Assembly (NCBI GenBank): GCA_051294375.1
Contig: CM119268.1
Coordinates: 23,389,502 to 23,453,501 of the forward strand
Origin: Paraspadella gotoi
Taxonomy: Eukaryota; Animalia; Chaetognatha
Direction of reading: 5' to 3'
DNA length: 64,000 bases
Both the position numbers and the translations under genes were made by a program. Position 1 is the stretch's first letter. Each line of letters begins with the position of its first letter. Under the pieces are notes generated by a model. The model did not search any database and was not told where the DNA came from. It saw only the letters and a list, made by a program, of their open reading frames with translations. Positions 51,391 to 64,000 of this stretch are shown here, piece after piece.

Positions 51391-51739
51391 ATCGCGTAAA
51401 AGCAAATACTACAAGTGATAAATATGCTAAAAAATATAGATTAAATACTAAATCCTTCTTAAAAATATTAAAATATTAAAATAGAAGAATAGAAAATAGT
51501 GAAACAAGTAATTTGCAAATTTTCATATTTATCTTCTAATTTTTCAATATATAGACTGACTGGAATACTATAATAGTAAAAAAAGAAAATTAAATTCAGC
51601 ATAGAATTTATTCAGTGCTAGCATAGTTTGCAAGAATTAATTGCTAAATTTTGATTTCAAACTTCCCCCTACTATATATACTTTGTAACTATGTACACTA
51701 AAACATCATTTGCCCCCCATTATCATCTTTGATGTTCTT

Positions 51740-51950
51740 TCTGTAGGGATAATAGCAGGAAGTCATAGGCAAGGGCTACTATCTGGTGAAAAAAAAATGT
51801 ATTCATGAATATGCAAAATAGTCTAATTATTGTGTAAAATATTTTGATGAAAATAATAGAAAGTGATTCCAAATAATTCAGAATTATCATCTAATTGATA
51901 ATAATAATAATAATAATAGTAATAGTAATAATAACAATAGTAATAATAAT
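51740..51950 (+). mobile_element. Interspersed repeat ending in (AAT)n, likely a non-LTR retroelement 3' tail; second copy 63118-63318
   Basis: gtagggataatagcagga..tcatag(g)caaggg..actatctg..attattgtgtaaaat is shared, and both copies are followed by AAT microsatellite. Confidence 0.6.
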
Positions 51951-52182
51951 AATTATTATTATTATTATTTTTATTATTACTTTTTTTTTATTAATATTAT
52001 TATGATATTGGTACAAGCAATATAAAAATTATCCATTCATTTATGTACATTATGTATTATTATTAGTATTATTATTATTATTTTTATCATTTTTAAGATT
52101 ATCATTTAAAAAAATATTTAAACTACAAAATTGTTCTCTTTGTTATTTTCAGTCTCTGTTTCTCTCCCTCTCTCTCTCTCAC

Positions 52183-55100
52183 CTGAAGCAGGATCTCTAA
52201 AACGAGGTAGATAGGAAAGGCTGGATTTGCGAATATCGGCGTCGAATCACAATCCTGTAATCAAGTAAATTTTCGCTTTATTATGATTTGTAATAGTTCA
52301 GTTATAATTACAGTTTCAAAAAGTATATTTAGTGGGGTATTGCAATATATTTTCATCTAAGCATTTAACCTTCAGTCGTAACCCGGTAGGTCATAGAGTA
52401 ATACTATGAGTTAATGACAATTAGGTACCGGGATTGTACACCAATGGTACATCTCCTGTGCAAAGCCTGAGGACAGTTATAAACTCCCTTGGGGGCCTGC
52501 AGAATCCCCAAGCCTGGTTTCAAGTCCAGGAAACATTCCATTTGAGGCGACTTACCACCGGTCTCTCTCTCTAAACCCTTCCTCTCTCCTCTTTCTTCGA
52601 GCCGGTCTATTCCACACGGTCACTTTGCCCTAATTTTGGCAATGACCTGAGATTGACCGGACACAGTAATAGGGCCGAGGCGACCGTAAGGTCAAGTTGG
52701 TCTGGGCGATGATAAAAGTGGATCAGGAGAGAGCTCGTCTCACTTCTTTTCTACTTCTCTTACATCGTCACAATTCTTCACCTTCTTCTCACTTTTATTA
52801 TTACTATTTTCGTCTTCTACACATTACTGCTGCGGGGACACAGAAGTTACTGATAGTATTCTTCACTTATCCATACTGGTGATAACGTCAGGTTCACCAG
52901 TAGAGCATTTTTAACGAATATGCTTAAATCATAAAATACTTTTATGTATTTCGTATAGTTTTGATGCTTTTATTATGCATTCAGAAAACTTACATGATTA
53001 ACTTAATTATCTGACAATATCATTAATAATTTTTTTGATAAAAGTAAGTTTTAGTCAAAATGAAAACAAAAGTAACTTACCTGAACCATACCTGCTTACT
53101 TAAAATTATTTCAAACATGTACACCATGCCAGAAGCATTATTATAAATGAGTATTTCCAAAAATATTTTTAACTGTTATGTCTTAGAATGAGATTAAACA
53201 ATAGGTTTTCAAACATTTTTCTTAACCGCGGAGAAAATCGAGCAGTTGCCTTTGCTGCATCAAAAAAACCATTACAGTATATGAAAGAATTTAAAAAAGA
53301 TTAATCTATCGTCTAAATGCTAAGAGAGAGTATTATACAAATATTTATTTAGATTTTAAAAATCATTAAGAGTTAAAAAGAAATCATAAAAAAAATCATA
53401 AAAAATCACAAAATCACAAATCATAAAAAGACTCATGTACGTTTGGTAACTTTTTAATATCAATTTAAATACAATGTTAAAATTTTACAAGAAGATCAAA
53501 GAAAAAGAATAAAGATACAGTAATGTATCTCGGTGTTTGGGCTATCCAACGCAGCAGGAACAAGGAAAACACCTAAGGGTCTTAATTAAACAAGTTTGAG
53601 CAAACAATGTCGGATCTGCCTTCGATAATTAAGCAGTAATAAGCTAATCCGATTATAAATAACGATAATTTTCACTTTCAATTTGTGATCTTAACAGATC
53701 ATAACTCAGCGTAACATAACAAATCATAACAGACTTCTTAATAAATCGATTAAAAATATATATCAATCAATTGATCTTTCAATCAATACCAATACCAACT
53801 TCATATGTTGGTCCTTTTGCATTAAAATTATGTGAGCTAAAAAAATTATTAGAGTTAAAGAAATGGAGCAAGTTAAAGAAAACGATGCAAGTGAAAAAAA
53901 ATGATGCCAGTTGAAAAAATGATGCGATTTGAAAAAATGATGTAAGTTGAATAAATTATGCAAGTTACAAAAATAAAGTGTTTAAAAAATTATGCAAGTT
54001 GAAAAAATGATGCAAGTTGAATAACTGATTCAATTTAAAGAAATGATGCAAGTTAAAAAATGATGTGATGTTAAATAATTTAAAAAGTTAAGTAAGTTTA
54101 AAAAATTATGTGAGTTTAAAAAATGGTACAAGTTGAAAAAATGTTGCAAGTCGATAAAATGATGCAAGTTGAAAAAATTATTTGTACTTTGTTTGTAATT
54201 ATTTATCCCATTGTAACTGAAAGAAAATATGAGAAAATAAAGGTAGGAAAAAAGTTGAAGAATTGTGACGATGTAGGAGAAGTAGAAAAGAAGTGAGACG
54301 AGTTCTCCTTATCCACTTTTATCATCTCCCGGACCAACTTGACCTTACGGTCGCCTCGGCCCTATTACTGTGTCCGGTAAATCTAAGGTCATTGCCAAAG
54401 CTAGGGCAAAGTGACCCTGTGTATAGACCGGCTCGGAGAAAGAGGAGAGAGGAAGGGTTTAGAGAGAGAGAACGGTGGTAAGTCGCCTCACTGGTTTGGT
54501 ATGGTACAATTTATAGGGAGATCCGAAATTCTTGGCTCAAACTTGTTGTCATAATTCAAGCTTTTCTCTTTCAGAATCTATAATTTTTTATTTTTTTAAA
54601 TAGAAAAAGTACATGGAAAAGAAGCCCCATAATTAGGGCTTGAATATAATACCAGTCCCATTGTTCTATCATTTTTGGTTTAAAAGATATCATGAAAATC
54701 ATTTTTTTTATTACCAATTAAGTCGCTCGGCCGGAGCTAAAAATTTAAGTGGAACCGAAAAGAAAATTCAATGAACGCAGATTTATTTTAAAAATAGGGT
54801 GTGGAAAATGAAATTTTTTGTAGGTTATTTTTCAATGCAAGGATCGTTTGATTAGAAATGTTGTGTCAACAATATTGATATCATTTTCTATCAATAAATG
54901 TAAAAATATTCAAAATAACATTGTAAAATTGACTGTCTAGATTAACCTTTTGTGCTGTCAACGTTTTTATGAAAGTTCTAGTTTCCAAATGTTTCATCTA
55001 ATGTAAAAATATCACAAAACAAAATAATAAAATTTATTTATTTTAAAATACCTCTTCACCAATATCACAAATCCACATCTGCAGATTTTTTGGAACCACA

Positions 55101-55233
55101 GCAAATCCCATGACGACCACCTAGTCAAAAAAAAAGAAATAGATTGAAAAGATAAAGTGGTAAAAAGTAAAAACTGCATGGCCGATTATCAATGTTTAAA
55201 AAAATAGAATATTAAAATTAGAAATTTATGAAA

Positions 55234-55293
<60 letters not shown>

Positions 55294-55380
55294 ATTAATT
55301 TTATTAATATTATTTTTATTATTATTATTTTAATATAATAATAACAATTATTAATATTATTATAATTATTGATATTTTTA

Positions 55381-55430
<50 letters not shown>

Positions 55431-57809
55431 TTACTATATTATTATTATTATTATTATTATTATTTTAGATGATCACGAGACGGCTCATCTCTAACTTAAA
55501 GGTCTCATAGTATCTTACCTTCGCACTCAATGTAAACATAGTAAACATAGTATCTTACCTTACCACTAAATGTAAACATAGTAAACATAGTAAACATATT
55601 ATCTTATCTTCTCACTTAATGTAAACTTAGTAAACATAGTTTCTTATCTTCCTACTAAATGTAAACATAGTAAATATAGTATCTTATCTTCCCATTAAAT
55701 GTAAACATAGTAATCATAGTATATCATCTTCCCAAATGGAAACATAATTGATGCTGTTTCATCCTAACTATGACTGCTTTAAAATGAAGTGAGAAGACTA
55801 AACAGACCGACATTGTCGGATCTGCCCACGATAATTAACAGAATTTAATTAATTAATTAATTCAAGTTAATTATTTAATTGATTAATTTGATCTCAAATG
55901 TTTGTTTTTAGGTCTATTTGTCACTGACCATGATAAAAGCAACGACGACGATGATAAAAGCGATGACGACAATAATGCCGATAACGATTGACTTGATTGA
56001 TTGATTGATTAAATAATTAATTAATTGATAAATAAATTGATTGATTGAATAATAAATTTATTGCCTAATTGACTGATTAATTAATTATTGATTAATTGCC
56101 TAATTGATTAATTAACTGATAAATTATTTGAATAAGTAATACAACTTGAATTTACATTTAATATAAAAAGAAAAAGAAGAATAATGAATAAGTGAAACAG
56201 GTTTTTTTTTCAATTTAATCTCATTTCCACTCAGACGATTTCATCAAAACTTAATTTCCAGCTTAATCACACACTTTCCTACCCACATACAAAATTTTAA
56301 GTCAATCTTCCCATCCACTCATGAGTAATTGGCGTTCAAATAGTGAAATAGATTTTTAAACTTTTTTCATTTGAACTCATTTTCACTTGCACGATTCCAT
56401 CAAAACTTCATATCCAGCTCAATCATACATTTCCCTACCCACACACAAAATTTCATTTCAATCCATCCATTCAATCACGAGTTTTTTGCTAAGGTGGGAC
56501 AGATAGAACGAACGGACATCATTTTTTTTGGGCATAATTTATCATAATTCAAGGTTCTGAACTTCTTATGTGATAATAATGATTTACAGACAATATTTAG
56601 TGGTGAGACGGAACGACGAAGTGAATTATAGAGTCGGAATCTGCTGATAAGCAGATCCGACTAAAAACTACTACATGAGAGACCAACTTACGTCGAAGGT
56701 AATACTAAGGCACAAGTTGAATATATACATTATTATTGGAGTTTTTGTGTTTTCACAAGTCATCGCGACAATTCCCTCAATTCCCCCCGCAATTGAGGAG
56801 AATCCAAATACGCACACCAAAAGCCATTCCTTAATAAAATATAATCAAAAGCCATTCCTTAATAAAATATAATCAAAAGCCATTCCTTAATAAAATATAA
56901 TCAAAAGCCATTCCTTAATCAAATATAATCAAAAGCCATTCCTTAATCAAATATAATCAAAAGCCATTCCTTAATCAAATATAATCAAAAGCCATTCCTT
57001 AATCAAATATAATCAGAATAGAGGCTCACCCTACCGCCACAACCTTTCTCCCCCCCTGGGTTTCCTCTTTCCCTTCTCAACGCCTCCTCATCCTCCTCCT
57101 CTCGTCGTCCCCTCCTCTTCAGGCACGGATCAGAGTCTTGGAGATAGGCATTACATCTTCTCCTCTCGGTCTTGGGGTCTACAAACCTTCCCTCTCCCTT
57201 CTCCCCCTTTTATGTACCCTTGATAACCCTTGTTATACCTGTTTTACTATGACCATTATATACTTACCTTACTTACCTCTTTTAGCTGATGAGAGACTAG
57301 TCAGAACCTACCTTTAGCTTAGATACCATCTTCCCAGTGGCGCCCAATGCACAGTCATCGAAATATTTTTTTACTCGGAAAAAGGGTGGTACATCATATG
57401 TTAATATTTTTTCGTTTAATCCGTCCAGGTGTATCACAAGAACACTGTCTTATGATATCGGGTTGTAAAAATTATTCATATCGGAGATATAAGGCTTTTC
57501 TTTTTTTGGAGCTCACTTTGTTTTGTTATTTGTAGACATTTTAACGATAACAAGTTTGAGCAAACAATGTCGGATCTGCCTACGATAATTAATTAATTAA
57601 TTAATCGATTAATTAATTAATTAATTAATTTTAATAATTATTTTATAATTTTATTCAGTCCTTGTCATCATCGATGTCCTTAAAATTGAGTCAGGACAGT
57701 TTTAATGTTGTTATTATTTTACTCATAAACAAAACAAACATATCCTTGCTCTTATCTTTTATTTTCTTTCCATTGTCTTCCTTCTCTCTCTCACTCTCTC
57801 ATCTCTCAT

Positions 57810-57840
<31 letters not shown>

Positions 57841-60800
57841 TTCTCTCTCTCTCTCTATCTCTCTCTCATTTCTCTCTTTTTATGCAATTGCGATGATCCT
57901 TATGCTTTAAGATTTTTTTAACTTGCATCATTTTTTCAACTTGCATTTCAACTTGCATTCCGTCAAAACTTTATATCTAGCTTCTTCACTCACTTTCCTA
58001 CCGGCTCACAAAATTCATCTCAATCTATCATGGGTTAAAATAAATAAAAAGATTCAAGTAAATGTGACTCATATTTTTTTCATTTAAACTCATTTCCACT
58101 GGTACGTTTCCACCGAAACTTTATATCAAGCTTCGTCACACATTTGTCTACCCACACACAAAATTTCAACTCAATCTTATCCATCTAATTATGATTAATT
58201 AGAGTATTTATTGGTTAAAATAAGTAAAAAGATTTTAGTAAATGCGACTTATGTTTTTTCCATTTAAACTAATTTCCACTCACACGATTCTATCGAAACT
58301 TTATATCCAGCTTTATCACACACTTTCCTACGCGCACACAAAATTTAATTCCCAATCCACAGCCAATCACGAGTTATTGGAGCTTTTTGCTAAGGTGGGA
58401 CAGATGGACGGATTGATTGACTAATTAATCAATTATTGATTAATGTATTTACTAATTGATTAATTAACTGATTATATATTTGATTATTAATATTCCTACA
58501 TATACATTTAATATAAAAAAAAACAAGCATAATCAATTAATGAAACATGTTTTTTGTTTTTTTCCATTTCAACTCATTTCCACTCTAACGATTCCATCGA
58601 AACTTGGTTTCCTGTTCAATCACACACTTTCCTACTCACATACAAAATTCCAGGTCAATCGCCCCATCCACTCATGAGCAATTGGTGTTCAAATAGTGAA
58701 TTATATTTTTTTTTTCATTTAAACTCATTTCCACACGGACAATTCCATCGAAACTTTATATAGAGATACGCATCGTTCGAATCGAAGCTCCGATCAAGAT
58801 TCCTTTATATTTCACTTCTATTCAAAACTGCATAGTCACGGCCCAAAAAAATTATATCAATACGGTCAGATTCTGAAAGCTTGTCGTCTTGGGAAGCCAA
58901 CGGAGGTAGAGCGCGATCGAAACTTCCATTTTATCATGCCCAAAAATAGTATTTAAATTGACTGGTCAGGCCGTTTTTTCCATTTTCCCAAAAAGCCTGC
59001 TAAATCTTTTGTAAAATAGAACAAATCATACATATCAGTACGGTTTCGGATAGCCTTTTGTCTTCTCTACACAATAAAAAAAAGAAAAGTTTAAATTCTT
59101 GCAATCTTTAATGATGGATAAAGCAATCAAATGAACTGGTTTTTTAGGTGAAAACTGCATAGTCAAGCCTTTATTTTTTTCAATTTTGAACACAATTGAC
59201 AGAAACTGTATTGATTTTACTATTCAAATTAGGTAGAGCGCGGGCTTAATTCAAAAGCGTTTTCTCAATGTAATACAAAATTTAAAAAAAGTTCAATAAA
59301 AATTTATTAAAAACAAAAATCGTCGCACAGTGTTGCTTGTGAGTCCCAAATGCTAGAAAAATGATTTTTTTAATTTTTTTATAATATTATATAATATATA
59401 AAAAATATTTATATAAATATAATGATAATCTTAAAAATAAATTTTTTTATTCAATCCAAGAAAGGTAATACTTTATATTAAAAAATATGTATGCATAAAA
59501 AATTATATTTTACAATAAAATTAATTTTTTTAAACTGCGACAGTTTTTTTTTATCATGGTATAATTAAAAAATATAAGATTAAAATAAAATTTTAATTTT
59601 AATAAAATATAATAATTATATTAAATATAATAAATAAAAAAAATTTTAATTTTTTTATTTTAATAATAATAATAATAACAATAATAATAATAATAATAAA
59701 TAAAATATATATATTTTATTTTTTAATTTTATTTTTTTAATTATAATTATTATTATTATTATTATAATTATTATTATTATTATTATTATTATTTTTTATT
59801 ATTATTATATAATCGGATAATAATATATATTTTATTATAAAATAATTTTATTTTATTTATTTAAAATAATATAAAATTACTTTTTAATTATTTTAATATT
59901 CAAATAATTTTTTAAAAAATTATTCTTATAATTAATATATAATAAAAAATTATTTTTAATTGAACGGGATTTTTCTGAAAAATTCAGGCCCAGGATCTCA
60001 CTGTGCGCCGGTTCTAAAGCTTAGTACTACGCATAATACTAATCTTTGTTAGATCAAAATGAGCTCGATTTTAAGCAAAAGTTGATCGGTTTGAAGAGCG
60101 AATTTTGCGATTGCTTTTTGGCGATTACTTTTGAACAGATTGTCGGATTATGATGAGATTATGCATGTAGATAATGTTTGCAATTGTCTATCGAACGCTA
60201 CCAAATTTGATATAAAACAATGAGTTGTTTAGAAACGATGCTCATCCCCAAAACTTTATATCCAGCTCAATCACACACTTCACTACCCACACACAAAATT
60301 TAATTCAAATCCATCCATCCAATCACGAGTAATTGGTGTTTTTTGCTAAGGTGGGACGGACGGACGGACGGACGGACGGACGGAGGTACATCATTTTTTT
60401 TGCATAATTTATCATAATTCGATGTTCTGACATGATATAAGTTAGTGCCCGACAATATTGAGGGGGCGGACCGACGGACCGACAAAGTGAATTATAGAGT
60501 CGGGATCTGCTGATAAGCAGATCCGACTAAAAAAGAAAAACCTTAGTTCTTAACTAGGACCAACTTACATCGTAGGCAATATTAAACCTAAATGAAATGG
60601 GCCAGTCTTGGAAAAGATTGCTAAAAACAGAAATTGGGTGCTTTGGGAAAACGAACCTTTAAATTGGGCGGACTTGGAAAAGAACTAAAAACAGAAATGG
60701 GCCGCTCTGGGAAAAACGAGCCCTCCCCCAAAAAATTATTTGGGTCATCTTGCGTTTTTAAAAAGTTCTCACCCCTTGGTGTTTCATATCGTTTATTAAA

Positions 60801-60943
60801 TAGTAAACACTGACGATGAATAAGGTTGTTCCCACAATTAAGTCGACCGAACTAATGCCAATGATGATCCGTTGCAAAAGTTTCTCTTCGAGTTGAAACA
60901 TGACTTCACACCACGAATGTTGAACGCGATTATATCTTTCCAT
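52183..60943 (-). CDS. Four-transmembrane protein (tetraspan/MS4A/LAPTM-like topology); exons 60943-60773, 56829-56692, 55120-55052, 52254-52183; 3' end not found
   Basis: All junctions are GT-AG phase 0: ..RIIIGISSVDLIVGTTLFIVSVYYLINDMKHQG|EWLLVCVFGFSSIAGGIEGIVAMTCENTKTPIIMYIFNLCLSITFD|VVVMGFAVVPKNLQMWICDIGEE|DCDSTPIFANPAFPIYLVLEILLQ|, giving four hydrophobic helices. Confidence 0.75.
52543..52790 (+). repeat. ~250-bp repeat, left arm of an inverted pair
   Basis: Reverse complement of 54245-54490 with scattered substitutions. Confidence 0.85.
53589..54180 (-). mobile_element. HINE family A 3' fragment with ~20-bp tandem repeats
   Basis: aacaagtttgagcaaacaatgtcggatctgcc terminus; matches the 3' part of 24613-25963. 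Confidence 0.75.
54245..54490 (-). repeat. ~250-bp repeat, right arm of the inverted pair
   Basis: Reverse complement of 52543-52790. Confidence 0.85.
55505..55748. repeat. ~40-bp minisatellite (atagtatcttacct..aatgtaaacatagtaaac)
   Basis: Direct inspection; about five degenerate units. Confidence 0.8.
55812..56667 (-). mobile_element. HINE family A
   Basis: tgtcggatctgccc ... atctgctgataagcagatccgactaaaaa; the 3' terminal stem-loop is missing. Confidence 0.8.
56819..57015. repeat. 7 x 28-bp minisatellite containing the splice acceptor of the 4TM exon
   Basis: gccattcc at 56823, 56851, 56879, 56907, 56935, 56963 and 56991. Confidence 0.92.
57549..60533 (-). mobile_element. HINE family A, full length, interrupted by a nested insertion
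   Basis: Both termini are present; the internal repeat resumes exactly after 60250. Confidence 0.8.
58761..60250. mobile_element. Non-autonomous TIR DNA transposon (1490 bp) with a 10-bp TSD
   Basis: TSD AAACTTTATA at 58751-58760 and 60251-60260; imperfect 17-bp TIRs TAGAGATACGCATCGTT / AACGATGCTCATCCCCA (13/17). Confidence 0.85.
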
Positions 60944-62044
60944 TTAACAAACAAAGTTTTTAGTTGCGCCGCAAGTACTCGCGGAGCAACTCTATAAGTC
61001 ACTTTTTGGTCAGTTGGTCCCACTTATGTCAAAAATGATTATAATTCACCTATAGTTAGTTTAGGACGTCCAATTAGGAGTTTTCCTAATCTTATCATGT
61101 AAATCGGATCATGAATATAGAAAATATTAACAAATAACTTATAAAAATCTACCCCTTCGATGAAAGATTTTTGCCTTAATAAATTTTGCCAAAACTGACT
61201 TCCGAACAGTGATCCAAATGGCTTAAATTTTCGGAAAACCTCCATTTTTTTGGAAAAAAAAAACTTTTTCTCGTATGCTGATTATCATAGATGCCCTCTG
61301 AGGTTCTTTGAAAAGTTTCAAATGATAAAAACTTAAAACTTTGAAAAAATATGGAGAAAAAATTCATTAACAGACAAATTTGGTTTTACAGAAATCATTT
61401 ATGGTAGTTGAACGACTTTTGATTTATAATTTTTATATTGAAAAGAAATTGACCCAACTTAATATTTTTATTTATTTATATTATAAGTAATAGGTGTATG
61501 TTAGTTAAATATAAAATGATTATTTTAATCTTTTTAAAAGTTCGCTAAGCAAATTAAGTTCGGAAAATCGACCATAGAAAAGAATCATATAGTAATTTCT
61601 GAAGAATATTTAATTCTTTTTTATTATTTTTTGAATGAAAAGCATTTTTGGTTTTATCAAAAGGGCGGACAAATGCGGATGAGATTTAATTAATAACTGA
61701 TTAGTGAGAAGATGTATCATTAGGAACTAAATCTGGTTGATTGAAATCGGCTGAAATTCTATTAGTTTTTACTATGTTTTTCATATCATACATAGTGACA
61801 TAATGTAAAATAATATAAAATCTTTTTTTATTTGTTAACACATTAGACAAGGATCTTTTAACATAACAAAGTCAAATAATTTTTCTCTTCCATCCATGTG
61901 GATGAAACAAACCTCTCAAAGACTCGCCCAAAATAGAGAATTGCTTCTAACTTGAGAAAGAATAATTTTTGGAAACTGTAATATTACATAAGACTTTGTA
62001 CCATTACTATTACTATGAAAAGACTGAATATGTATTTATTTTTG

Positions 62045-62297
62045 TCCAGCTCAATCTCACACTTCCCTACCCACACACAAAATTTCAATCCAATCCATTC
62101 ATCCAGTCACGAGTAATAGGAGTTTTTTGCTAAGGTGGGACGGACGGACGGACGGACGGAAGGGCGGACATAATTTTTTTTGAATAATTTATCATAATTC
62201 GATGTTCTGACATGATATAAGTGTGTGCCCGACAATATTGAGGGGGCGGACCGACGGACCGACAAAGTGAATTATAGAGTCGGGATCTGCTGATAAT
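62045..62297 (-). mobile_element. HINE family A 5' fragment
   Basis: GGAC microsatellite and gtcgggatctgctgataa; truncated within the terminal hairpin. Confidence 0.75.
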
Positions 62298-63317
62298 CTC
62301 AGGAACTGCTAGTGCCGCCTTCCAGAAATCGTAAAACATTAAAGAATAAAAGACTGAATTCCGATGCAGTTCATGTCATAAATACACGGGTGTGGCGACA
62401 AAGGTTTCGCCACCATAGGATCAACCCGAGTTGGCGACTGTGTTTAGTGGTTGCACGGGAAACCGGCTACTAATCACTCAATTTGTGCAGTGACTAGTTG
62501 TTTTAAAGGAAACTTTGCACAGTAGTGATCAACCATAAGACGTTTGTTATACATAAATTTCCTAGTCATATATAGTCATGTGATCATAAGAAATATACAT
62601 GAAAAGAATTCGGCACAACACATTGGATGAACCGATCTTGTTTCTTTGTATATTGTATATTCTTATATTTAAAAAGTTTAGTGCTTGTTTTGTTTTTTAC
62701 CTTTAATAATATTAGTTGGTAATTTGGATCCGTCTTCTTCCTGACGAAATGTTTCATTCAATGACGACTCAGCAATTATTATTAATATTAGGATTCATCA
62801 ATTAAAATATATAGAGTAAAATTTTTTTTCTGATTTAACACCAGTTTTAAAACTACACTATTGTACATGCAAAAGTTTAAATTACGAGTTTATTTTTTAA
62901 AAATTTTCTTAACTAAACTTTTCACAGTAAGCTCTCGTTATTTGATAATCTTTACTTTAAAAATTTAATTGATTTTTTTAAGCCTTACAATTAAAATCTA
63001 CAAATTGAAACATTTGATGATAGACATGTTTTCTGTCCAATTGCTCTAATTCAGAAGAGTATTATTTTTGTTAAAAAAAGTCCATCCGTTCAACATCATT
63101 GTTGTTGTTTTCTTTTGTGTAGGGATAATAGCAGGAAATCATAGCAAGGGTTACTATCTGTGAAAAAAAATGTATTCCTAAATATCAAATAGACCAATTA
63201 TTGTGTAAAATAACGGAAAATGATTCATAATAGTAATAATAATAATAATAATGATAATAATAATAATAATNNNNNNNNNNATAATAATAATAATAATAAT
63301 AATAATGATAATAATAA

Positions 63318-63500
63318 TACAGTCATGTGCAAAGAAATTGCGCCACTTTATTTCAGACTTTAAAAATCACCCTATATACTTGAATTTTTAAAGAGATTTC
63401 AAAATTGATTTAAATTTTATTAAAGGATGATAAGTTTGGAATAAATTTTATTAAAATTGGGCCTCTACCGCAAAGCTGAAGGTAAAAAAAATCTGATAGA
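63318..63500 (+). mobile_element. Possible Tc1/mariner-type left TIR
   Basis: TA-CAGTCATGTGCAAAG start; no partner TIR seen in the window. Confidence 0.35.
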
Positions 63501-64000
63501 TTTAAGAATAATATTTTTTTTTATTATTCTACAATAATAAGTAGAATAAAAATGAAAAAAAATACACTGGATATCCGGAGGGATAGCTGTATAACTTGAT
63601 TGGCCCAGATTCTTAAATAATAATCTTAAGGTTATTAAAACATATGATAAAAGACAGGTCCATAATTCTTAAACTCTTACACAGATTTCAAATAAGAATA
63701 AAATGAAATGATCAAATACTATGGCTAAATTATCTGATATATTTTATTAATTAATTAATAATTATTAATTATTAATAATTATTAATGGCAAGGACAAATT
63801 TGAAAAAAATAATTTTTTTATATTTTTATGAAAAAAATGAAATATTTTAAAATTTCAGTTTATCTTACAGATATAGACATTTGAGACTTTGAGTATGTAT
63901 CTGAGCTATCTGAATGTCAAAAGCTTTTTCACAACCACAATGACAGCCTTTTTTTTATAGTTTTTTTAGTTGAAAAAAATCCATGTAGATAAAATTCACA

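Noticed and set aside
57286-57312. Hammerhead-like CTGATGA..GACTAGTC..GAA
   Set aside because: The GAAA core is broken and no stems I/III could be formed.
57338-57350. PBS-like TGGCGCCCAA after CA
   Set aside because: The match to tRNA-Lys stops after 10 nt; no LTR pair or retroviral ORF nearby.

Overview
This is AT-rich eukaryotic (probably invertebrate metazoan) draft-assembly DNA with N gaps and several indel-rich, long-read-like segments. No prokaryotic operons, rRNA or CRISPR arrays were seen. (1) 1-11.6 kb: three tandem copies of a unit holding a spliced Ser/Thr-rich plus C-type-lectin gene (+), a DINE-1/HINE-like element, and a convergent minus-strand exon encoding (EKGPIEKGPMVREERI)n. 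(2) 13.1-17.5 kb: a decayed Gypsy-type LTR retrotransposon. (3) 18-19.2 kb: the 3' exons of an FN3-domain gene, followed by a tRNA-Ser(CGA) at 20 kb. (4) 22.8-24.5 kb: a 6-exon, 149-aa Ras-association-domain gene with a DSGxxS motif. (5) 27-43.8 kb: duplicated and inverted blocks carrying an unidentified multi-exon gene and a SOCS-box-like exon. (6) 46.5-49 kb: a tRNA-derived SINE-like element and a promoter-like motif cluster. (7) 52-61 kb: a 4-TM membrane protein gene whose introns are filled with HINEs and a nested TIR element with a 10-bp TSD. The most unusual recurring pattern is minisatellites built from the splice junction itself, giving stacks of decoy 3' or 5' splice sites in at least three genes. 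All gene models were read manually from GT-AG sites and phase consistency; no database searches were run.
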